NCBI GenBank assembly: GCA_965216785.1
Contig: OZ244197.1
Location: 1,888,001 to 1,952,000 of the forward strand
Origin: Thermodesulfobacteriota bacterium
GTDB lineage: Bacteria; Desulfobacterota_D; UBA1144; Nemesobacterales; UBA2774
Reading direction: 5' to 3'
Length of the DNA stretch: 64,000 nt
Positions within the stretch are counted from its first letter, which is position 1, and every line of letters starts with the position of its first letter. Positions 13,210 through 22,137 of this stretch are shown one piece after another. A model generated the notes under the pieces. It had not been told where the DNA came from. It saw nothing but the letters and a program-made list of their open reading frames with translations, and ran no database searches. Made by a program: the position numbers and the translations under genes.

Positions 13210-14958
13210 ATGGCGATACCCAAAATATTGTATCAGACCTATAAGACCAAAGAGATCCCGGAGCGGCTCGAAGAGTATCGCCGTAAGCTGCTAGAGCTTC
13301 ACCCCGGCTGGGAATACCGGTTTTACGGAGACGACGAGTGCAGGGATTTAGTGAAGAGGTTTTTACCCTCGTTTCTCCCGGTATATGATAGCTGCTCGAT
13401 ACCGGCTCAGAAAGCCGATATATTCCGCATCATAGCGGTCTGGGCGCTAGGCGGGTTTTACCTGGATATCGACGTCGAATGTATACGGAGCGTCGATCAG
13501 CTCTGTGAATTCCACTTAGTATTTGCCGAGGAGCTCACACTTACTCAAGAGCAGGCGAAGGAACTGGGTCACAGGGACCGCCTAAGGGTGGGGAACTTTA
13601 TGTTCGGCAGTGAGCAGGGCCATCCTTTTCTTCTGCGTATTCTAAGGAAAATGGCGGAGGAAAGCAGGCGTGAGATTCGCTCTGAGAACGATGTGCTGGA
13701 ATCCACAGGGCCGGGCCTTGTCACTACCGTATACCATGATGCGTGTGAGGAGCTAAGGGACATCGTACTGCTGCGGAACATCGACCGTGAATGCCCTGTC
13801 ACTGGCGGTGTAGCCTGCCACTTCGGAAATTATGCCATACACCACCATGAAGGCTCCTGGAGGTGGGGGCATGTTAAATCTCCCAAGCTGAAAAACTTTG
13901 CCCGAAGTCAAAAGATCACACCGACTGAGATAAACAAAATCTGCAGCGAGATCGATTCTGAATTAGAAAGGACAAGTAGACCCGAGGATATTTATATATT
14001 AAGAGCATACAAGGAGAAACCATACGATGGCTTAACCTACGTGTTTGACCGAACTTCGGGGCTCGGCATCATTTCTGACAATACGAGCAGTCTTGAAGAT
14101 AAAAAAGTCCTCGTGAGCGGGATGCCCATTATGTTTACCGACAAAGTGTCTAAGCAAAATACCAATGTTATATACACGACATTTGAAAGTACGTCGCTTC
14201 CCCCAGATTGGGTGAGTGCGATAAACGGCTTATTTAACTACTGTATAGTTCCGCACCAGCACGTAAAGAAAGTGTTTGAGGATTCGGGGGTGAGCATACC
14301 AGTCAGCGTCATACACCAGGGATTTACTAGGTATAGGAGGAAAGATAGGAAAGCTCTTGACGATAAGACATACAAGATCGGATTTCTCGGGGTCCCTGTA
14401 GAGAGGAAGAATCTATTCAAGCTATATCAGGCTTGCGCACATCTTCTGGCGGATATACCTGAACTGAGGCTTAGTGTTCATATCCCGGATTATTACGGTG
14501 GGATGAATGTGGAATATCTGGGGATGGTCAAAATGTCACCCTTCGTAGATTGGACCGAAGGTCATCTGGGCGAGAATGAGATCGCAGAGTGGTACAGCGG
14601 GCTTTCGTGTTATGTATTTCCGTCGAGCGGGGAAGGGTGGTCCTTTACTCCGCGGGAAAGTCTTTATCTCGGAGTACCGACTATTTTGTCGGATATCCCT
14701 GTTCACAGGGAGCTTATTGAATCCGGTTACTGCAAAGCGATACCCGTAAGTGGTAGGGAAGAGGCGGTATTTAACTCAAAGGTGTCCGGACAATGGGACA
14801 GGGTTGCGGTTGAGGACATAGAAAACACGATACGAGACCTGTATCTGAATTACGGGAGTTATTATATTAAGGCTATTCAGGGAAGCCGCTGGATAGAGAA
14901 TAAATGGACCAATGAAAGCACTCAGCAGTTACTGCTCGATTATTTGACAAAGGTGTAA
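13210..14958 (+). CDS. Bifunctional glycosyltransferase: N-terminal GT32/OCH1-like DxD domain + C-terminal GT4-like (GT-B) domain
   Basis: 'IPKILYQT', 'KADIFR', 'GGFYLDIDV' and 'STGPG'; then 'YVFPSSGEGWSFTPRESLYLGVPTILSDIPVHRE'. Confidence 0.82.
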   Translation: MAIPKILYQTYKTKEIPERLEEYRRKLLELHPGWEYRFYGDDECRDLVKRFLPSFLPVYDSCSIPAQKADIFRIIAVWALGGFYLDIDVECIRSVDQLCEFHLVFAEELTLTQEQAKELGHRDRLRVGNFMFGSEQGHPFLLRILRKMAEESRREIRSENDVLESTGPGLVTTVYHDACEELRDIVLLRNIDRECPVTGGVACHFGNYAIHHHEGSWRWGHVKSPKLKNFARSQKITPTEINKICSEIDSELERTSRPEDIYILRAYKEKPYDGLTYVFDRTSGLGIISDNTSSLEDKKVLVSGMPIMFTDKVSKQNTNVIYTTFESTSLPPDWVSAINGLFNYCIVPHQHVKKVFEDSGVSIPVSVIHQGFTRYRRKDRKALDDKTYKIGFLGVPVERKNLFKLYQACAHLLADIPELRLSVHIPDYYGGMNVEYLGMVKMSPFVDWTEGHLGENEIAEWYSGLSCYVFPSSGEGWSFTPRESLYLGVPTILSDIPVHRELIESGYCKAIPVSGREEAVFNSKVSGQWDRVAVEDIENTIRDLYLNYGSYYIKAIQGSRWIENKWTNESTQQLLLDYLTKV

Positions 14959-15077
14959 GAATTTTAGATTATTGACTAATATTGATAACCGTCTTGTTTT
15001 ATCTGAAGCAATGTGTTAACTTAGAATCACTCTTTAAATGTTTACGCATTTGAAAATTGATAAAGGAGACTGGGAAT

Positions 15078-15248
15078 ATGAGCGACAAGAAATTTCCGGA
15101 GGACGTGAACTCCGAAAGACGCGAGTTTATAGAGAAAGTGACCAAGGGCGCTTTTATTATCCCCACTGTAATATCGGTGATGATGTTGAATCAGAAGCTG
15201 CACCTTACGACAGCAAACGCGAATAGTAACATCCCACCGCCACCTTAA
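15078..15248 (+). CDS. Putative precursor peptide 3 (56 aa): shared leader + NSNIPPPP, no Hint domain
   Basis: AAGGAG RBS before ATG 15078; MSDKKFPEDVNSERREFIEKVTKGAFIIPTVISVMMLNQKLHLTTANANSNIPPPP. Confidence 0.85.
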   Translation: MSDKKFPEDVNSERREFIEKVTKGAFIIPTVISVMMLNQKLHLTTANANSNIPPPP

Positions 15249-15322
15249 ATTGTGGTTTCGGTGATCTGAGCAGCTGGGTTCTGATATAACTTTTGAATAG
15301 TTTTAAAGGAGAACGGATATAA

Positions 15323-15502
15323 ATGAGTGACAAGAAATTTCCGGAGGACGTGAACTCCGAAAGGCGCGAGTTTTTAGAGAAAGTGACCAAGGGCGCTTTT
15401 ATCATCCCCACGGTAATATCAGTAATGATGCTGAATCAGAAGCTAAATCTGACGACAGCCAACGCACAGAGTAATATGACTATCATTAATGAACAGCCGT
15501 AA
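15323..15502 (+). CDS. Putative precursor peptide 4 (59 aa, absent from the ORF track): shared leader + QSNMTIINEQP, no Hint domain
   Basis: Manual translation MSDKKFPEDVNSERREFLEKVTKGAFIIPTVISVMMLNQKLNLTTANAQSNMTIINEQP*; AAGGAG RBS. Confidence 0.85.
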   Translation: MSDKKFPEDVNSERREFLEKVTKGAFIIPTVISVMMLNQKLNLTTANAQSNMTIINEQP

Positions 15503-15821
15503 GCTTTAGCATGGAGCAGTATAAATTTATGGCTGTCGTTGATATCTATTAAAAAGTAAGTCCGGCTAGAACGGGGTTGGCGAATGGAGCTCGCCCTTCG
15601 TTTCCGGTAAATGTTTTATATCATTTCAATTTTAAGCTTATTTTGCTGAATTTTGCCAGAATAAGCTTATTCCATCCAAGCTCAAATTAATCTCAACTTA
15701 TCAGATACAATAGAGGTTTTAATAATAAGCCGTAATGAGAATTCTTCGGTCCCTTATATAAATCCTCATTATGTTTATAGTATTATGCTGAGGGTTGGCG
15801 CTCAGAGCGGGATAAAGGAAA

Positions 15822-17099
15822 ATGGTTCAGTACAAAAATCCGGAATGTAAACGCGGCGGTTATAACGGAGGATATCTACCCGACCGCACGCAGGAGCTTT
15901 TGCTCAGGGCATGTCTTCTTAAGGGAGACGAGGCCATTGATGCGTATCGTGAATGGAAGAGCTTAGTCGATCTTGATAACGTCGATCCCGGCTCATACCG
16001 TCTTTTCCCTCTCCTTTACATAAACTTGAAATCACAGGGCTTGGAAGAGCCGATGATGAATATCTTTAAGTGGGTCTACACAAAAACCCGTGAGAATAAC
16101 GAAATACTGCTGCGTAATCTCGGCCCCCTGCTGAAAGAATTCAACAACTGCGGGATCGAGGTCATATTGCTTAAAGGCGCCGGGCTGATTCTCACTTGCT
16201 TCCGGGATTATGGACTTCGCCCCATGGTGGATGCGGACCTTCTCGTTCCTACCGCGAAAACCGGGGACGCGATCGAGCTCATAACAGGACTTGGATGGGA
16301 TTCGTCCATAACACCGCTTAAGGGTTTTAAGGACATGAAGCTGCTGTCCCGGCTCGGATGGACCCCGGGGGACAGAAAGCTCGAGGACTTCACTGAAGAG
16401 TATTTTTGCGTGAGGCACGGGCAGGACTTTACAAACCCTGAGAAGTTCACGATAGACCTTCACTGGCACATGCTCCACGGGTATAACGAGCCTGACGCCG
16501 ACGCGGATTTCTGGCAAGGTGCTGGTACTGTAAACGTGGAAGGCGCGCAAGCGAGGGTACTCGATCCGGCTGATCTGCTTCTTCACGTCTGTTCACACGG
16601 AGTAAGATGGGACCCTCTTCCCGCTATTCGCTGGGTGGCGGATGCGGCATGGATAGTCGACGGCTCAGAAGGTGGTATTGATTGGGAGAGGTTTGTAGAT
16701 GTAACCGCTCGCCACGGTAAGGTGCTTTATGCAAGGGAAGCTATACGCTATTTGAACCGTTATTTGGTACACAAAGTTCCGCAGTCCGTACTAGATCGGC
16801 TAAACACCCTGCCGGTCACGAAAGCTCAATATTTGGAGTATCATATTAGGACGCGTCCGCCTGGAATACTCGACGGTTTTTATGAGCTGGGGTTTCTTTA
16901 CGATAATTATTCGAAGGTCAGTCAGGGTCAAAACCTTTATCGCAGACTCACCGGATACCCCCGGTTCCTTCAGCATGTGTTCGGTATGGAAAAGCTGCGG
17001 CATTTGGTATTGTACGCCGCGTTCGAGTTCGTACGCCGGGGCGCGCATCTGCCGGGCTTGGTGGTCAGGGGACTAAAGAACAAGCTCGTAAAGGGGTGA
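15822..17099 (+). CDS. Nucleotidyltransferase family protein (NTP_transf_5-like)
   Basis: 'LLKGA...RPMVDADLLV...IDLHW...LLLHVCSH...WVAD' motif order. Confidence 0.82.
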   Translation: MVQYKNPECKRGGYNGGYLPDRTQELLLRACLLKGDEAIDAYREWKSLVDLDNVDPGSYRLFPLLYINLKSQGLEEPMMNIFKWVYTKTRENNEILLRNLGPLLKEFNNCGIEVILLKGAGLILTCFRDYGLRPMVDADLLVPTAKTGDAIELITGLGWDSSITPLKGFKDMKLLSRLGWTPGDRKLEDFTEEYFCVRHGQDFTNPEKFTIDLHWHMLHGYNEPDADADFWQGAGTVNVEGAQARVLDPADLLLHVCSHGVRWDPLPAIRWVADAAWIVDGSEGGIDWERFVDVTARHGKVLYAREAIRYLNRYLVHKVPQSVLDRLNTLPVTKAQYLEYHIRTRPPGILDGFYELGFLYDNYSKVSQGQNLYRRLTGYPRFLQHVFGMEKLRHLVLYAAFEFVRRGAHLPGLVVRGLKNKLVKG

Positions 17100-17151
17100 G
17101 GTGGGAGGGGCGGATTGTTTTATTCCGCAAACGTGTGTAGTTCCGATGCAA

Positions 17152-18159
17152 TTATCTTGTCAGGCGCCAGTAAAGCCTTCTAAACTTTCTTAGTATCTTA
17201 CTTTCGATTACCGTCAATGTTACACCTTTTAAAGTTCTAAGCGGGGATCCCTTAATAACGTCTTTCTCTAGATCACTGATTTTATAACGCTTCTGCTCAC
17301 CTGCAGCAGGGCTTGTATTTTCGAGTATGGTTTTCATTCTTTCTTGGAAGAGTTTGTCATCTGCATCCGTACCGCTCGTGTCCGATACCAATATGTGACC
17401 CCTGGGGGTTCTTAGGTACTTTCTCGCGCCCCCTCCGGGGGCGCAAAGGTGCCAGGCATTGGCCTCTGTAGTGACCATGAGTGTGTAATTTTTTTCAACG
17501 AGCCTCGCGCATAAATCGCTCTCTTCCCGGTGCGCCTGGTCCGAGTACCCGTCAACGGCCCATCCCCCTGCTTCCTCTACCGCTTTGCGGCGGTAGCATA
17601 TCGCCCCACCGAGGAGACTATCGACTTCTATGACTTCCGGATCATTATAATAGTGGTGGCCCTGCAGTTTCCAGGTCAGCTCATCAAGAGTAGATGTGAA
17701 TGACCTTTCCGCCAGATTCAAATCCAAGCTCGCCTTTTTCGCTTGAGGTACTGGAAAGCACCCGCCCACTGCAGCAAGCGGCCTGTCGGCGAAAAAATGA
17801 AACGGCTTTAGTATGTTTTCAATGAAACTTGCGTCCGGAAGCATATCGTCATCTATCCTCAGTATGAACTCGATCGATTGCGGCACGGCCTCCATTGCCT
17901 GCTGGTGTCTCTTCCAGCCATCTTTAGTACGAATGATTATGATCTCGTGACCTATGTTTCTGGCAACCGTAAGAAGGTCGGTAATCGCATCGTCTCTCTC
18001 GACAGGTGAATCGCTCTGGTCGTTGATTACAATCATAAAATTCGTAAAAGTTTGATTGAGCAGAGAGTTCAGCAGCACTGCAAGGTAGGAAGGACGGTTC
18101 TTCGTTGGTATGGCTACAGCTATTTTTTCGTCCTTTTTGATTTGCCTTAGTCTATCCAT
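17152..18159 (-). CDS. GT2 glycosyltransferase
   Basis: 'IPTKNRP', 'RIDDD', 'AGGW' and 'EESDLCAR'. Confidence 0.8.
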   Translation of the reverse strand: MDRLRQIKKDEKIAVAIPTKNRPSYLAVLLNSLLNQTFTNFMIVINDQSDSPVERDDAITDLLTVARNIGHEIIIIRTKDGWKRHQQAMEAVPQSIEFILRIDDDMLPDASFIENILKPFHFFADRPLAAVGGCFPVPQAKKASLDLNLAERSFTSTLDELTWKLQGHHYYNDPEVIEVDSLLGGAICYRRKAVEEAGGWAVDGYSDQAHREESDLCARLVEKNYTLMVTTEANAWHLCAPGGGARKYLRTPRGHILVSDTSGTDADDKLFQERMKTILENTSPAAGEQKRYKISDLEKDVIKGSPLRTLKGVTLTVIESKILRKFRRLYWRLTR

Positions 18160-18288
18160 CTTCGTTCGTTTTAAAGCTTAGTGTTTAAATCACAATCGCT
18201 AAGCCAGGAGCTTCCTCTTTCAAAATTTCAGCTACCACCTTAGCTTAATCTTAACTATTAATAAACCAAGAGGCCTAACGTAATGATT

Positions 18289-19722
18289 TTACTTATTCAA
18301 AGCCACAAACCTCTTTACTTTCCCTGTTTCAGGATTGCGGGGCAGGGAGTCTATGATTTCCACTATAACTTCCGGGTCTTTGAGGCCGTCTTTTTCAAGC
18401 TGCTGTTTGATAGATGAAATAATTTCTTCCATATTCGGCTCGCCATTGCAAACGAGCTTTACAATACCGCCGCGCTCGGTCTGAACGACTTGATATTCCT
18501 CTACTTCTTTTACTAGGTCTAGGATATCGCTGAAAGCCATCGGATGTACCCTGACGTTACCGTACTGAAACCAGTTGGTGGCTCTGCCGAGGATATTTGT
18601 AACTCTACTATATGCCGGGTATTCACCAAAGTCCCGGCCGATCTCGACAACATCGTCTACTTCATACCGTATCATGGGGCATGATTTATTAACTAAACTG
18701 GTTGCCAGAACCCTGGCCGCGTCTCTTGCATCCTCGACCGGGTTGTCTTTCTCATCCACCAGCTCGAGTATTACAGCGTCCTCGCATATCACCATGCCGG
18801 GGCTATCGGCCAGCTCGACCGCGATTTGACCGATCTCTACGCATCCCCAGCTGTTGCATGTTTTCACCCCCCACGCTTTTTTAATGCGGGCGCGCATAAT
18901 GTCGTCAAGGGGGCCGGAATTGGTGCTTACCCAGCGGGGTGATATATCCAGCTCTCCCTTCAATTGGGCTGAAGCAAGCTCAGCGGTTGAGGATGCGAAC
19001 GCCATAATGTAAGTGGGCTGGAAACTGTTTAACTTTTCGCATTGCTCCGTCATGGGGTCAGTGGAACCCAGGCTTAAGAGCTCGAATTCCGCAAGCGGCT
19101 TGCTTGGGAAAAGAATTCTGCTTCCGTGAAGTAAGGTGGGGGCCTCTACGGTGGCAAGTTTCATAGGCCCCTTGTAACCTGCTTTTTGCTCCAGATCTAT
19201 AAAGTTACGGTACGTAAGACAGATTGATTCACTAACAAAATCCGTGTCCCAAAGAAAGAGACCTCTCTTGCCCGTTGAGCCTCCGGTTGCTATAAAGAGG
19301 TACTTGTCATTGTAGAAGGGGTTTTCAATCTCCCCTTTTCTTAACTTGTCCAGGTGATTCTCGGCAATGTCGTAAGATAATTCCGGGACTGCGAGAAAAT
19401 CTTCCCAACGGTCCATGTGCTCTGTTTTGCTGGTCGGCGGGATGCTATGAAGGTCCTCAAGGTTAAACACAGTAGTGTCTACAGATTTAAGGACATCACC
19501 GTAAAACACAGTACGCTCCTTGGCTAAAGTCAATATGTCCCTTAACGCCATTGTCTGATGATTAACGAGCTCGTCTTTACTCCAGGATAGATGCTTTAGG
19601 TGCTCCGGCATTCTACTCTGGGCGTCTGTCCAAACAGACTGAATTATTTCCTCGTATGTGATATAGACACCTCCGCCAATAAGTCTAATTCTCACATTAC
19701 CGTGTATGCGCAGTAATAGCAA
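18289..19722 (-). CDS. Phenylacetate-CoA ligase / F390-synthetase-like adenylate-forming protein (start uncertain)
   Basis: 'ATGGSTG' P-loop, 'WGCVE', 'PMIRYEVDD', 'GRA' and 'ETGKVKR'. Confidence 0.75.
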   Translation of the reverse strand: MLLLRIHGNVRIRLIGGGVYITYEEIIQSVWTDAQSRMPEHLKHLSWSKDELVNHQTMALRDILTLAKERTVFYGDVLKSVDTTVFNLEDLHSIPPTSKTEHMDRWEDFLAVPELSYDIAENHLDKLRKGEIENPFYNDKYLFIATGGSTGKRGLFLWDTDFVSESICLTYRNFIDLEQKAGYKGPMKLATVEAPTLLHGSRILFPSKPLAEFELLSLGSTDPMTEQCEKLNSFQPTYIMAFASSTAELASAQLKGELDISPRWVSTNSGPLDDIMRARIKKAWGVKTCNSWGCVEIGQIAVELADSPGMVICEDAVILELVDEKDNPVEDARDAARVLATSLVNKSCPMIRYEVDDVVEIGRDFGEYPAYSRVTNILGRATNWFQYGNVRVHPMAFSDILDLVKEVEEYQVVQTERGGIVKLVCNGEPNMEEIISSIKQQLEKDGLKDPEVIVEIIDSLPRNPETGKVKRFVALNK

Positions 19723-19814
19723 TAAATTATAGAATAACGCATCTGTTTATATGAAGCGCTCTTCGGCCAATAAAATTATAACTATATTATTAATATCGGC
19801 ATTATAATTACTGC

Positions 19815-20555
19815 ATGACGAACTTACTTGTAAAGCACTGGTGGATTTGGCTTGTCCTTGCGGCTCTATCATTGTTTGGATCATATATTTACGCAAACGT
19901 ACTCACTGACTTTTTGGCGCCTACAATAGCGAATTACTTTCGATATCTTGCTATTGCATTCGTGTTCATCTCCATCTATTTCTATTACCTTTCGTATGAG
20001 AGAAGAAAACTGCTTACATCTCAAACGGGACTTGATTCTATAAGACAACTTAGCTGGAGGAAGTTTGAGGATTTAATTACTGAGGCGTACAAGCAAAACG
20101 GCTACAAATTCCTAAGAGAGCCCCTCTCCGGGAGTGATAAGGGTATTGACATTATTGTACAGAAAGAAGGAGTGCAGACCATTATTCAGTGTAAACAGTG
20201 GCGGTCACGGAAACTCGGAGTCAAAGTAGTCCGCGAGATGTACGGGATTTTAAGCGGCAGCAATGCGGATGAGGTGCACATTGTAAGCACCGGAAGGGTG
20301 ACAAATGATGCGCTCAGCTTTGCAAGAGGAAAGCCAATAAAGCTGATATATGGTCGAGATTTATTAAATCTAATTTCAGACGCTCAGAAAAACACTCCTG
20401 AAAAGAGTAATATTTCTGAAACTGAAGTAACATGTCCTGAATGCGGCTCGGAAATGGTGCTCAGGAAAGCGCGTAAAGGAAAAAATGCCGGAAATGAATT
20501 TTGGGGCTGCATACAGTTTCCAAAGTGCCGGGGTACTGTGAGCATTACTTCTTGA
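19815..20555 (+). CDS. Membrane-anchored Mrr-like restriction endonuclease domain protein with C-terminal C4 zinc ribbon
   Basis: 'LSWRKFE...GY...DKGIDI...QCKQW', 'CPECGSEM...FWGC..FPKC' and two TMs. Confidence 0.82.
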   Translation: MTNLLVKHWWIWLVLAALSLFGSYIYANVLTDFLAPTIANYFRYLAIAFVFISIYFYYLSYERRKLLTSQTGLDSIRQLSWRKFEDLITEAYKQNGYKFLREPLSGSDKGIDIIVQKEGVQTIIQCKQWRSRKLGVKVVREMYGILSGSNADEVHIVSTGRVTNDALSFARGKPIKLIYGRDLLNLISDAQKNTPEKSNISETEVTCPECGSEMVLRKARKGKNAGNEFWGCIQFPKCRGTVSITS

Positions 20556-20652
20556 AATCCAATATTACGTTTCTTAGTATTATTATATCCCGTATAATTT
20601 CAGACTATATTCATTACTCGAATTCGTAGAATAGTTGCCCCAGAGGATATAT

Positions 20653-21744
20653 ATGAAAAAAACATGGCCGGATCAGGTTAGAAGACTATGCGACAGCTTG
20701 GGCATCGCTCACCCGATCGTGCAGGCTCCGATGGCCGGGGGGCCGTCTACTCCAGAGTTGGTAGCGGCTGTTTCAAACGCGGGCGGGCTTGGTTCTCTCG
20801 GTGCAGGCTACCTCATGCCCGAGGCTCTGGACAAGGATATCAAAAAAGTAAAGTCGCTTACGGGCAGAGCGTTTGCGGTCAACCTTTTCATCCCTGGTGA
20901 TACTGAGGCCGGCCCTGTGCCGGATGAAGTTCTTGATAAGTTAAAGACATATTCAAGTGAGCTTGGCGTCGAGATGCCTGATCTGTCTGAGAAATCTTCA
21001 GCAAGCTCATTTGATGATCAGCTTCAGGTAGTGTTGGACAACAAGGTCCCTGTATTCAGCTTTACTTTTGGAGTCCTCAAAAGCCGCGATATTGAAGAGC
21101 TTCAGAGACGTAATGTGGCGATTATCGGTACCGCTACTTCTGTCGAAGAAGGGGTTATGCTCGAAAACGCGGGATGTTCTGTGGTTACAGCGCAAGGGAT
21201 TGAAGCGGGGGGCCACAGGGGGAGCTTCTCCGAAGAAGACATTCCTATGGTGGGGGGCATTTCTCTTATCCCCCAGCTTGCCGATAAACTGAGTGTCCCG
21301 GTGCTGGCCTCCGGAGGAATAATGGACGGGAGGGGTATAGCGGCGGCGCTTGCGCTGGGCGCATCGGGAGTGCAAATGGGAACGGTGTTCCTGGGCTGCG
21401 AGGAATCCGGAGTGCCGGGAGTATGGCTCGACGCCCTCACTAATTCTTCTGATACAAGCACTGTTCTGACCAAGGTGTTTACGGGGAAATACGCAAGAGG
21501 AATAAAAAATAGATTTATAGAAGAGATGTCTGTATGTGAGGACAAAGTGCCCAGGTATCCCGCGCAGCACAACCTTACAAAATCGCTCCGCGCGGCCGCG
21601 AAATCTAAGTCCAATCCCGAATTCATGTCCCTGTGGGCCGGGCAAAGCTCTGCTTTAATTAAACGCACTACCGCAAAAGAGCTTGTCGATGATCTGCTCA
21701 GAGAGACCGGAGAAGTTATTCTGAAGCTCACAGAAGAGTTTTAA
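20653..21744 (+). CDS. Nitronate monooxygenase family flavoprotein
   Basis: 'PIVQAPMAGG', 'QGIEAGGHRG' and 'ASGGIMDGRG'. Confidence 0.88.
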   Translation: MKKTWPDQVRRLCDSLGIAHPIVQAPMAGGPSTPELVAAVSNAGGLGSLGAGYLMPEALDKDIKKVKSLTGRAFAVNLFIPGDTEAGPVPDEVLDKLKTYSSELGVEMPDLSEKSSASSFDDQLQVVLDNKVPVFSFTFGVLKSRDIEELQRRNVAIIGTATSVEEGVMLENAGCSVVTAQGIEAGGHRGSFSEEDIPMVGGISLIPQLADKLSVPVLASGGIMDGRGIAAALALGASGVQMGTVFLGCEESGVPGVWLDALTNSSDTSTVLTKVFTGKYARGIKNRFIEEMSVCEDKVPRYPAQHNLTKSLRAAAKSKSNPEFMSLWAGQSSALIKRTTAKELVDDLLRETGEVILKLTEEF

Positions 21745-22104
21745 TCCGAATATAGAGTTGCACGAAAAAATGCTCTCAGAGACTTGCTAGACCCTACTAG
21801 ATACCTTTAAAATAGAAAACAAACGCTCGTTCGAATGGGTGAAAATACACAATCGTTGCGCCTATTTACACATTTTTTCACATAATTAAAAAAGTGCTTG
21901 GTTCTCTGTGGATTTGCGTTAGTATCGTAAAAGAGAAGTGGAGGTTTTCCGTGATGCACGGAATATATTTCATATTATTTTAGCTAGTTAGCTTTATTGT
22001 TTCATTGCCGTTTATTTCAGGCGGGGTCTACGCGAATGGCATGGGTCTGGCCTGGGCCGATGCTTGGATAAAGGTTAATTAGGAAGGCTTTGATGGGGCA
22101 CATT

Positions 22105-22137
22105 AAGCCGGCCCTCCGGGAGGTGGCCGGCTTTTTT
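22105..22137 (+). terminator. Intrinsic terminator (possibly bidirectional)
   Basis: aagccggcc...ggccggc followed by a T6 run. Confidence 0.7.

Noticed and set aside
8868-17099. Classical lasso peptide cluster
   Set aside because: No asparagine-synthetase-like cyclase or B2 transglutaminase-like peptidase is in the window, and the cores are too short or lack a ring-forming Asp/Glu at positions 7-9 with a tail. Enzymes acting in trans cannot be excluded.
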